Of a DNA stretch of 64,000 nt, positions 56,351 to 64,000 are shown piece by piece. Position 1 is the first letter of the stretch. Every line of letters starts with the position of its first letter. The position numbers and the translations under genes are program-made. The notes beneath the pieces are model-generated. The model ran no database searches. It had not been told where the DNA came from and saw only the letters and a list, made by a program, of their open reading frames with translations. The stretch comes from Blastocatellia bacterium (lineage in GTDB: Bacteria; Acidobacteriota; Blastocatellia; UBA7656), in contig JBKHYJ010000035.1 of the NCBI GenBank assembly GCA_046565505.1, positions 1,919 to 65,918 on the forward strand, written 5' to 3'.

Positions 56351-57031
56351 ATGCTTTGCAACGAGTGTCAGGAACTCATATCAGACTATATTGACGGGGA
56401 GCTTGAGCTTGGAGAGCAGGCTAAGGTAGAGCGCCACCTCGGCGACTGCGAGCCATGTCGCGCCGTCCGTGATGACTTGCTCCAGATAGTCCACTTCAGT
56501 AATCAGCTTCCAGAGCATGCGCCCTCCGGGGCCTTGTGGGCGCGCATCCGGTCGGACATCGAAGAGCAAAAGCCCGCCGGCTTCTGGTCGCGCGCGGGGG
56601 CATGGTGGGCAATTACGAAGAGCCGTCAGTTCGACCTCTCCATCCCGCAGATGGCCGCGGCGGCCGCCGCGTTGGTGATCGTAATTTCAATCGGCGTGAT
56701 CGCCTCGCGCCAGCCCGCGGCCCCCGTCGCAATGTCTTTAGCCGGCTCCGCCCAGAGCGCGACGTCACAGGTCCGGCCGCTGTCGGGCCCTGATTTTCAG
56801 CAGCTCGAGAAGCAGATCAGCAACCTCTCGGCGACGATCGAGCAGCGGAAAGTCTCCTGGGACCCGCAGCTCCGTGTGAAATTTGAGAAGAACATGTCGC
56901 TGATAGAACAATCGCTTGCCGAGTGCCGACACCAGTTGAGCGACAACCCGGGCGACGACGTCTCGCAAGAACTGATGCTCAACGCGTACAGGGAAAAGGT
57001 GAGGCTCCTCGAAGGCTTTGAGAGCTTCTGA
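56351..57031 (+). CDS. Anti-sigma factor (zf-HC2 type), single-pass membrane protein
   Basis: MLCNECQELISDYIDGEL....HLGDCEPCR (H-x3-C-x2-C) and TM segment AAAAAALVIVISIGVIA. It follows the ECF sigma gene. Confidence 0.85.
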   Translation: MLCNECQELISDYIDGELELGEQAKVERHLGDCEPCRAVRDDLLQIVHFSNQLPEHAPSGALWARIRSDIEEQKPAGFWSRAGAWWAITKSRQFDLSIPQMAAAAAALVIVISIGVIASRQPAAPVAMSLAGSAQSATSQVRPLSGPDFQQLEKQISNLSATIEQRKVSWDPQLRVKFEKNMSLIEQSLAECRHQLSDNPGDDVSQELMLNAYREKVRLLEGFESF

Positions 57032-57066
57032 GTCGGCCGGGCTTTCTTTAAGGTTTTGTCCGAGCA

Positions 57067-57819
57067 ATGCTGAGCCTAAAACGAGTAAAAATAAACCTCA
57101 ACGCATTCAGATACTTTATTCGGCTGGCCCTGTTCGCCTGCGTCGCCATAGCGGTGGGGCCGTCCGCGGCCGAGTCCGCAGGGAAATTCGACCGGACCTA
57201 CACGCCGCAAGGCCTTGCCCACCTGACGATTTCGAACTTCAACGGCACGATCCGCGTGACGTGCTGGGACAAAAAAACCATATCTGTTCGCGCGATCACG
57301 GACCCGGACGTCACGGTCCGCGAAGAAGTGGCCGGGGATGACATCACCATAACCGTCAAGCGCGATTTCAGGTTAAGACGCTCGAATTTTGAAGTCTTCA
57401 TGCCGGCCGACACATCCATCTCGCTCAAGAGCTTTACGGGGGACATCGAGGTCAGCGGCGCGGCCGGTCACGTGAGCATCAATTCGATAGACAGCAACGT
57501 GCGCCTGGTCGGGCTTAAAAGCCCCTCGGTCGACGTGAAGGTGACGAATGGGGACATCTTCTTCGACGGCCACCTGCACGACGGCGGCTCGTACAACCTC
57601 CAGTCCATCAAAGGAGATATAGACGTGACGCTTCCCGGCGCCACCCCCTTCAACCTCAATGCCCGCGCGCTAAGTGAAAACATTAACCTGGGCGGCTTCC
57701 TCAACAGCCTCGCCGCCGCCACCAGGGGGGCGAAAGGCGTAACGGGCACATACCTCAACGGAAATTCTCGCCTGACACTGACCGCCTTCGCGGGCCGCAT
57801 CTTACTTCATAAGAAGTAG
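57067..57819 (+). CDS. DUF4097-like (putative adhesin / beta-helix) protein
   Basis: Signal/TM segment, then repeated short beta-strand units (GTIRVT, GDIEVSG, SNVRLVG, GDIFFDG, GDIDVTL, ENINLGG) typical of DUF4097 proteins that accompany ECF/anti-sigma pairs. Confidence 0.75.
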   Translation: MLSLKRVKINLNAFRYFIRLALFACVAIAVGPSAAESAGKFDRTYTPQGLAHLTISNFNGTIRVTCWDKKTISVRAITDPDVTVREEVAGDDITITVKRDFRLRRSNFEVFMPADTSISLKSFTGDIEVSGAAGHVSINSIDSNVRLVGLKSPSVDVKVTNGDIFFDGHLHDGGSYNLQSIKGDIDVTLPGATPFNLNARALSENINLGGFLNSLAAATRGAKGVTGTYLNGNSRLTLTAFAGRILLHKK

Positions 57820-58092
57820 GGTGGCCCGACCGACCCGGCAGATGCGTAATTCGTAATACTGGTTGCGGACGCTTCAAATATAGGGGAAGTCTTCGACTTT
57901 CGCCGCCGCGATTTTTATCCGCGGTCGGGGGGAACATTTACCCGACGGATTCGTACTGATGCTTGGCGGCAGGTAAACTGTAGCTAATCCAACGACGAAC
58001 CGCATAGACCTGAATCGGGGGCATAGACGGGGGGGCCTTTGTGGACTCGTGGCCCCGACGGCTAAGATTAATAAGGAGGCTGGCTGACACAT

Positions 58093-58743
58093 TTGGCTCA
58101 AAGCACAGGATTGATGCGCAAACCCAAAGGTAATTCGCCACCCACGTCTGATCAGGTAAACGTTTCATCGCAACAGCAGCCGAGCGAGAGCGTTAGCAGC
58201 GGTGACGCATCGGATTCCTTTATTGACGCCCTGACGGCCAAACCCGAACATGTCAACCTAGACAAGATACTCCCCTTCCTTCAAGAGCGCATAGCCTTCA
58301 AGATGCCGAGCGACCTAGCCTACCTTGACGGCGTGCTCGATTACTTGAACGAGCGGATGCTCCAGCTCGGCATCGTCGAGCCGGGCGATTCCGATTTGCT
58401 TATCGCGCTGGACGAGGCCATCGTCAACGCCGTAAAGCATGGCAATAAGTGCGATCCGCGAAAGGCCGTGCAGGTCGTCGCGGAGTTTAATGCGGAGGGC
58501 GCGCGGTTCACGGTCGTCGACGAAGGTCCCGGGTTCGCCAGGGAAAGGGTCCCTGACCCGACCGACCCGTGCCGCCTGCTGGAGCCGGGCGGGCGGGGCC
58601 TCCTTTTGATAAATCACATAATGGACGAGGTGTGCTTTAACCAGGCGGGCAACCGGCTAGAGATGTTCAAGCGCGTCTCACATGGCGCTCACGACGAAGA
58701 CACGTCGGGCAGACGCGGGGACGCGGGCGGGGAGCAAAAATGA
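58093..58743 (+). CDS. RsbW/SpoIIAB-like GHKL serine kinase (anti-sigma-factor-type ATPase)
   Basis: LIALDEAIVNAVKHGNK (N-box), VVDEGPGF (G1), GGRGLLLINHIMDEV (G2). Disordered N-terminal ~60 aa. The start is the TTG at 58093 or the internal ATG. Confidence 0.8.
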   Translation: MAQSTGLMRKPKGNSPPTSDQVNVSSQQQPSESVSSGDASDSFIDALTAKPEHVNLDKILPFLQERIAFKMPSDLAYLDGVLDYLNERMLQLGIVEPGDSDLLIALDEAIVNAVKHGNKCDPRKAVQVVAEFNAEGARFTVVDEGPGFARERVPDPTDPCRLLEPGGRGLLLINHIMDEVCFNQAGNRLEMFKRVSHGAHDEDTSGRRGDAGGEQK

Positions 58744-58818
58744 CGGACCCGCAGGTCATTTAGCCATAGCGATAGCCGCCCTCCCGTCGATGCTTTCGCG
58801 GCCCATCATCCGCCTCAT

Positions 58819-59499
58819 TTATTCCCCTCTTCCTTCCCCTTCAACCTGTCCTGAGCTTTCCTGCGAGGCTCCCGCGCCTGCACCAGGCCCGGGGTCTAAG
58901 TGGCCTGCTTTCGGCGGCTGTACCAGCTCGCCCGTCCTCCCTTGAGACTGCGGGCGCAGCAGGCCGAGAAGCGTCTTAGCCCTGACGCGGTCAGAAACAC
59001 TTGCGCGCATCACGCGCCGGGCGCATGCCTCGTCGTACCCGACTTTTATTAAGGCGGATCGAAGTCTGTGCCGGTCTTCGCGCGACCCCTTTGTCAGAGC
59101 ATCAATGAGTTGGACCTCGAACATGGCCTTGTCCTCTGCCGACATTCGTCTCATGTGCTCCTCGTCTATGCTCTCGCCGGCGCGCATTCGCTCAAGCTCC
59201 ACGACCATCCTCCCGCTGTCGGCCTGCGCCGCCGCCTCTGACGAGCTTCCGACCTTCACCGGCGCCCCCTTGCGCGTTCTCCTTCTTTTGTAGATGAGAA
59301 GGGTTAGTGCCACGGACTTCGTCAGAACGAGAATCCCTACCAAATACCACAGAGGGAATTCAAGTCGAAGGTAATCCATCCACAAAACCTCGTCCCGGCT
59401 GAACTGCATGCACCCGAGGGTCAATGTGTCGAGTGCAAGGCGCATTCCCGGCCCGGCCCGCATGGCCCGATCACCGGAATGGAGAATGAATCGCGGCAA
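58819..59499 (-). CDS. Hypothetical single-pass membrane protein
   Basis: The hydrophobic segment FPLWYLVGILVLTKSVALTLLIY is followed by KRRRTRK and a helical cytoplasmic domain. The real start is probably internal (ATG near 59379-59409). No family was recognised. Confidence 0.45.
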   Translation of the reverse strand: MPRFILHSGDRAMRAGPGMRLALDTLTLGCMQFSRDEVLWMDYLRLEFPLWYLVGILVLTKSVALTLLIYKRRRTRKGAPVKVGSSSEAAAQADSGRMVVELERMRAGESIDEEHMRRMSAEDKAMFEVQLIDALTKGSREDRHRLRSALIKVGYDEACARRVMRASVSDRVRAKTLLGLLRPQSQGRTGELVQPPKAGHLDPGPGAGAGASQESSGQVEGEGRGE

Positions 59500-59592
59500 A
59501 AGATGAAATGAGGTGTAGGAGGGTTCCGGCGCAGGTGCCGGTTAAGAAGGGCTTTGTTACTGAACGCCTCAGGAATGGTAAGTCCTGATTGA

Positions 59593-59658
59593 GTGACGAG
59601 TGATGTGAGGCCGGGCCACGCTCTCGCGCGGTCCTCACGGCGGCGCATCACTCGTCAC
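59593..59658 (-). terminator. Long stem-loop immediately after the amidohydrolase stop codon (terminator-like, no U-tract)
   Basis: Perfect 13-bp inverted repeat GTGACGAGTGATG (59593-59605) / CATCACTCGTCAC (59646-59658), extended by TGAGG/CCTCA. It begins 6 nt after the stop at 59665. Confidence 0.45.
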
Positions 59659-59664
59659 AGGCGG

Positions 59665-61008
59665 CTACCTCTGCGGCCTCGCCTTGTACTTCTCGTAAAG
59701 CTCCGTATGCCTGCTCACGAGCGGTATCTGGCGTCCGTTAATGAACAGGTATCTAACCTGCGTCAGGATCTCTAGCGGGTCCCCATCGGTTACTATTAGG
59801 TTGGCAACCTTCCCCTGCTCGATAGAGCCTATGCGGTCGGCCACGCCCCATATCTCCGCCGGGTAGATCGTTAACGACTTTAGAGCCTCTTCCTTCGGGA
59901 GGCCGAAGGCCGCCGCCATGCCCGCATGGTATGGGAGGTCGCGGACGTGCGCCGCGTCGAGCGTCTGAAAGGCTATCTTCACGCCGGCCTTAGAAAGCAG
60001 CCCGGCGTTGGCGAAGGCCGCGTCGTACGGGTCGTCTTCCCTGTTAGGCATGCGCAGCACGGGGCCGACGATCACGGGTATGTTCTTGGCGCGTAGCTGG
60101 TCCGCGACTTTGTACGCCTCGACGCCGCCCGAAAGGATCATCTTGATCTTCATTTCGTCGGCGAAAGCGATCGCGTTTTTTATGTCGCGCTCAGTGTTTG
60201 CGCTGATAACCACGGGCATCTGGCCCCGGACGACGGGGATGAGCGCTTCGAGCTTGAGATCAACGTCCTGCTTCGGCAGGCTCGCGTCTCTGGACCTCGC
60301 TTCTTTCGCGTCGGCATAAGCCTTCGCGTCGCGCATTATTTTCCTTACGCTTTCGACCTGCCTCTCCTGCTCGCGCCGCACTTCGCTGATTGAGCGCTGC
60401 TGGCCGAACCCGCCGAAGTCCCCGCCCCTGCCGAGATTGCCGGGCCAGTTGATGTGCATAGCGGCAGGCGATTTCAAAATCATGTCGCGCGGGACCCACC
60501 CGTCGAGATTTATCAACGCGCTCTGCCCGGCTATCGTGCCCCCGCGCGGCTCGGTCAACACCGTGGTGATCCCGTTCACCCTCGTCACGGGGATGTGAGA
60601 GTTGTCCGGCCTGAGCGCGACATCAACATGTATGTTCGCGTTGTTGTCGCCGATCTCCGCCGTGTCAACCGTGCCCGCGACCGAGGCAATCTCTGTGAGA
60701 CCTATCTCCGTGCCGGAGTCTATCATCCCCGGATAAACCGAGAGGCCGGACGCGTCTATCACCTTCGCCCCGGCCGGCGCGGAAACCGCGGCCCCCACGG
60801 CGGTGATCTTCCCATTCGACACGACGACCGTCCCGTTCTCAATGACGGGGCCTGTCACGGTGACTATGCGCGCGTTGCGAATCGCGTACGTCTCTGCGGC
60901 CGTCTGGGCAGAGGCGGCGCGAGCGCCGAATTCAACAGGCCCGCAGACGCCGAGCGCGGCCGCGCAGGTGAAAACAAAGACCATCAAGAGCATCCTGGTA
61001 TTCTTCAT
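59665..61008 (-). CDS. Secreted amidohydrolase-family protein (metal-dependent hydrolase superfamily)
   Basis: Signal peptide. N-terminal beta-sandwich pattern [30 protein letters not shown]...[16 protein letters not shown] and C-terminal [20 protein letters not shown]. The classic HxH is replaced (GMIDSGT). Confidence 0.85.
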   Translation of the reverse strand: MKNTRMLLMVFVFTCAAALGVCGPVEFGARAASAQTAAETYAIRNARIVTVTGPVIENGTVVVSNGKITAVGAAVSAPAGAKVIDASGLSVYPGMIDSGTEIGLTEIASVAGTVDTAEIGDNNANIHVDVALRPDNSHIPVTRVNGITTVLTEPRGGTIAGQSALINLDGWVPRDMILKSPAAMHINWPGNLGRGGDFGGFGQQRSISEVRREQERQVESVRKIMRDAKAYADAKEARSRDASLPKQDVDLKLEALIPVVRGQMPVVISANTERDIKNAIAFADEMKIKMILSGGVEAYKVADQLRAKNIPVIVGPVLRMPNREDDPYDAAFANAGLLSKAGVKIAFQTLDAAHVRDLPYHAGMAAAFGLPKEEALKSLTIYPAEIWGVADRIGSIEQGKVANLIVTDGDPLEILTQVRYLFINGRQIPLVSRHTELYEKYKARPQR

Positions 61009-61019
61009 CGCCTTCTCCT

Positions 61020-62495
61020 TTAGCGTCGCGGGTCCGTCTGCGGCTCGGTCTCATTAGGCCGGGGCTGCGGCACGTCCGTCCTTTCTTCCCTGCGCGGCCC
61101 CCGCTGCTCCGCGCCCCGCTGGGCCCGCTCGCGCCTGATGAGTTCTTCCTTCTCGCGCCTGAGCGCCTCGCGCTGCTCCAGGTCAATCTTGCGGTCGAAG
61201 TAGACTTCGCCCTCGATGAAGGTCATCTCCGGCACCGTGTAGACGGAGAACGGGTGCTGGCTGAAGATGACGAGGTCGGCGTCTTTGCCTACGTCTATCG
61301 AGCCCGTGCGCTTGTCAATCTGCAACTGCATCGCGGGGTTCAGTGTGACCGTGCGCAGCGCCTCCTCTTCGCTCATCCCGCCATACTTCATCGCCTTCGC
61401 GGCTTCGAGGTAAAGGCGCCGCGCTCGCTCGTCTGAATCCGAGTTTAGCGACACGTTCACGCCGCGCGACGCCATCAACGCGGCGTTGTAGGGTATGGCG
61501 TCGTAGGCTTCCATCTTGTAGCCCCAGAAATCCGCGAAGGTCGACCCATGCGTCTTGTGCGCGGCGATCTCGTTGGCGACCTTATAGCCTTCGAGCACGT
61601 GCTGAAGAGTCTGCACGTGGAAGCCTAGCTCGTCGCCGAGGTTTAGCAGCATGACTATCTCGTCGTTGCGGTAGCAGTGCGAATGGATGAGCCGTTTGCC
61701 TTGAAGTATCTCGACTATAGCGTCTAGCATCAGGTCGCGGTGGGGCGGGATGGCGTTCCTGTCCGACGACTTCCTGGCGTTGTACTCGTCCCACTCGCGC
61801 ATGTAATCCTTGGCCCGCATGAAGGCGTCGCGAATCGTCTCTTCGACGCCCATTCGGGTGGCCGGGTAGCGGCGCGCGGTGACGCCCGTGATGCCCTGGT
61901 TGTTGGAACGCTTAGGGTTCTCGCCGAGCGCGAACTTGATCCCGGGCGGCGCGTCGGGGATCACCCATTCGTCGACGGGCTTGCCCAGCTTCAGCTTCAC
62001 GACCGCGTTCTGCCCCCCGATGGCGTTGGCGGAGCCATGAAGTATGTTGACCGTCGTGAGGCCGCCCGCGAGCTGGCGGTATATGTCCGGGTCGTAAGGG
62101 TTGAGAATGTCGCGTATGCGGACCATCGAGGTGACTGAAAGCGTCCCCTCGTTGATATTGCCTTCGCCCGCCGTATGCGAATGGCAGTCGATGATGCCCG
62201 GGGTGACCCACTTGCCCGCCGCGTCTATGATGCGGGCATTCGCGTCGCGCGCCCTGACGTTCGTACCGACTTCCGCGATCTTGCCGTTGCGGATCAGGAT
62301 GGAGCCATTCTTGATGGTCCCGTGCGAGGCGGTCATTATAGTCGCGTTCTGAATCAGCGTCTCACGCGGGCCGCTTGCCGCCGTGGAACTGGCTCTGGGA
62401 GCCTGTCTCGCGTCGCCCTGCCTGCCCTGCGCGGACGCGGAGGCGACGAGGGCGAGAGTTAAAACTGCCGAGATCAATCCGTTAATTTTTTTCAT
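61020..62495 (-). CDS. Secreted amidohydrolase-family protein (with HxH metal motif) and a charged C-terminal tail
   Basis: Signal peptide [22 protein letters not shown]; IQNATIMT...[12 protein letters not shown]...[19 protein letters not shown]; [14 protein letters not shown]. The tail is rich in R, E and Q. Confidence 0.9.
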   Translation of the reverse strand: MKKINGLISAVLTLALVASASAQGRQGDARQAPRASSTAASGPRETLIQNATIMTASHGTIKNGSILIRNGKIAEVGTNVRARDANARIIDAAGKWVTPGIIDCHSHTAGEGNINEGTLSVTSMVRIRDILNPYDPDIYRQLAGGLTTVNILHGSANAIGGQNAVVKLKLGKPVDEWVIPDAPPGIKFALGENPKRSNNQGITGVTARRYPATRMGVEETIRDAFMRAKDYMREWDEYNARKSSDRNAIPPHRDLMLDAIVEILQGKRLIHSHCYRNDEIVMLLNLGDELGFHVQTLQHVLEGYKVANEIAAHKTHGSTFADFWGYKMEAYDAIPYNAALMASRGVNVSLNSDSDERARRLYLEAAKAMKYGGMSEEEALRTVTLNPAMQLQIDKRTGSIDVGKDADLVIFSQHPFSVYTVPEMTFIEGEVYFDRKIDLEQREALRREKEELIRRERAQRGAEQRGPRREERTDVPQPRPNETEPQTDPRR

Positions 62496-62516
62496 AGCAA
62501 CCCCCTCGCGGTTTTA

Positions 62517-62621
62517 GATTTCGGATTTCGGATCGGCTGGCCGGCATGCGGCGCCGAGCCTGTGCCACGTCGGATGAAGCGCGAAAGCCTGCAAAGATTC
62601 TTCAATCCAAAATCCGAAATC
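62517..62621. repeat. 17-nt inverted repeat (each arm containing a tandem GATTTCG heptamer) bracketing the whole intergenic region between two amidohydrolase genes
   Basis: Left arm GATTTCGGATTTCGGAT (62517-62533). Right arm ATCCAAAATCCGAAATC (62605-62621), whose reverse complement is GATTTCGGATTTTGGAT, giving 16/17 complementarity. The arms are separated by 71 nt of GC-rich sequence. Confidence 0.7.
62552..62567 (-). promoter_or_regulatory. Sigma-54 promoter candidate inside the inverted-repeat-flanked spacer, upstream of amidohydrolase 61020..62495
   Basis: The minus strand reads TGGCACaggctCGGCG. TGGCAC is perfect, GG-N10-GC is satisfied and the -12 context is weak. It lies about 57 nt upstream of the ATG at 62495. 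Confidence 0.3.
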
Positions 62622-62624
62622 GAA

Positions 62625-64000
62625 TCATCTTGGCCTTGTGCCTGTGAAGTCGAACGTTCCGTTGAGCGCGGGTACGGCCACCATGCCGCTCATATTGTCC
62701 CCCTGTATCGTCCCCGTCACGTTAATCTCAACCGTGTCGGTATTCATCTGGACGCTCGCGCTGAATCGGACCTCGCTCCCGGAGACCCTGGCGTTTCTAA
62801 TCTCGTAGGTCCCCGCGGGGCCGGTCAGGGTGCCGCTCAACTGATCGCCTTCCCTGCGCAGGTTGAGGCGCATATTCTGGTCGCCTTGTGGAGTGCGTAC
62901 GACGAGCGTCCACTGGCCTGAAGGGTCAACGCCGGCAGCGGCAGGCGACGCGGCCCCCCTGCCCCCGGGCCCGCCCTGTCGCTGCGCTGCGGGCTCCGGC
63001 CTCTTCAACTCTATTTCGTTCCCGTCTATGAATACATGACGGACCCTCGTCTCTCTCGCCAGCAGGTCGCCGCTCGTGACGACGAGGTTGGCGATCTTCC
63101 CGACCTCTATCGTCCCTAACTGGTCCGACGCGCCGAGAATCTCCGCGGCGTTGATGGTGAGCGCCCGCAGCGCGTCGTCTTTCGACAGCCCGTTCTCCAC
63201 AGCCCTCTGCACATTCGCGATAAAGTCCTGTGGGCGAAGGGAGCCGGAGGTGAAGGCGAACTTGACGCCGGCCTGCGCCAGGCGCGCCGCGCCCTTCGGG
63301 ACCTCCGCGCGGGCGCGCAACAGCCTGAGCGGCTCATCCTCATCGTCCGGGAGGTCGGCCGCGCGCCTCGGGAAATCCACGGAGAGTATGACAGGGACGT
63401 TCCTGGCCTTGAGCATGTCCGCGACTCGATAGCCATAAAGCGCGCCGGCGATGATAGGCTTCAGCTTGAACTCGTCGGCGACCGTCAGAGCCCGCCGAAT
63501 ATCGCCGTCCGTGTTCGCGATGAACAACACGGGCAACGTGCCGTTGAGCGCGGGGAGCATGGCCGCCAGCTTCTTATCGTACTCCGGCCTGCTCACCCCG
63601 CGCTTGTTGCGGTTGTAACGCTCGACCTGATCGCGGTAGTTCATCGCGTCATAAAACGACTGCCGGATGAAAGCCACCGTCCCCATGAGAGAGTTGGGGT
63701 ACAGGCTGAAGACACCGGGCGAGGTCGCGAATTGAACCGTAAGGGCGACGGGGGCGCGCAAGACGAGGCGGGAGGCTTCATCGCCCGCGAGATTGATGAC
63801 CGCGCTCTGCCCGGGGAATATTCCCTGTCGCGGGCTTGTCAGCGCGGCAGTGACCCCTGCCGACCGCGCGTCTTCTATTGCCGTGCCGCCGGGCTTCACC
63901 TGGTCGGCCGCCGAAAGTGATGGGTCACCGTGCGCGAGGTCGGGATTGGGCTGCTGCCCCGAAGCCGCCGCCGCTATCAAAGCCGCCTGTCGGCCGCCTC
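62625..64000 (-). CDS. Amidohydrolase-family protein with a C-terminal beta-rich extension. The 5-prime end probably lies beyond the window.
   Basis: It is a paralogue of 59665..61008 over SAVINLAGDE...VPVILSVDFP...GTIEVGKIANLVVTSGDLL. The extra ~95-aa C-terminal domain reads GQWTLVVRTPQGDQNMRLNLRREGDQLSGTLTG.... The reading frame is open to position 64000, and by alignment with its paralogue the N-terminal domain is missing. Confidence 0.85.
   Translation of the reverse strand, partial: GGRQAALIAAAASGQQPNPDLAHGDPSLSAADQVKPGGTAIEDARSAGVTAALTSPRQGIFPGQSAVINLAGDEASRLVLRAPVALTVQFATSPGVFSLYPNSLMGTVAFIRQSFYDAMNYRDQVERYNRNKRGVSRPEYDKKLAAMLPALNGTLPVLFIANTDGDIRRALTVADEFKLKPIIAGALYGYRVADMLKARNVPVILSVDFPRRAADLPDDEDEPLRLLRARAEVPKGAARLAQAGVKFAFTSGSLRPQDFIANVQRAVENGLSKDDALRALTINAAEILGASDQLGTIEVGKIANLVVTSGDLLARETRVRHVFIDGNEIELKRPEPAAQRQGGPGGRGAASPAAAGVDPSGQWTLVVRTPQGDQNMRLNLRREGDQLSGTLTGPAGTYEIRNARVSGSEVRFSASVQMNTDTVEINVTGTIQGDNMSGMVAVPALNGTFDFTGTRPR

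Overview
This is a GC-rich bacterial chromosomal window. I read it by eye with no database search, so every family call rests on sequence motifs I could recognise. The gene content is reminiscent of Acidobacteriota-like genomes: two GT-C/DUF2723-type membrane glycosyltransferases, paired LolA-like proteins, a trio of secreted amidohydrolases and several sigma-54 activators. That placement is inference only. I support about 50 protein genes, one tRNA-Val(CAC), several intrinsic terminators and a set of promoter candidates. I found no transposase, integrase, CRISPR array or recognisable defence system.

Three themes stand out.
(1) Positions 1-17200 form a dense signalling and stress island. It holds an HD-GYP/GAF phosphodiesterase, an S8 protease behind a long structured leader, and an RsbR-RsbS-RsbT stressosome operon. 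The output genes of that operon are fusions of a switch-kinase-like domain to a PP2C phosphatase and to a histidine kinase. The island also carries csbD, a tandem USP, a Ser/Thr kinase, a PAS-DHp protein with no catalytic domain coupled to a sigma-54 activator, and an orphan receiver.
(2) Near-consensus sigma-54 (-24/-12) promoter candidates face csbD, usp, a secreted peptidoglycan-binding protein, an OmpA-like lipoprotein, a small secreted protein and an amidohydrolase. Two NtrC-type activators are encoded in the window.
(3) Three secreted hydrolases share a C-terminal IPT/TIG-like module, and a DUF2723 GT-C glycosyltransferase lies nearby.

Housekeeping genes are ruvB, mpl, metG, folE, argS, a DAHP synthase and hup. 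An orphan larC is start/stop-coupled to a sirtuin gene.

The supplied ORF track omits ORFs that run off the window edges, so the first gene (1..1745) was translated by hand. Many tracked ORFs have spurious N-terminal extensions or are antisense shadow ORFs.
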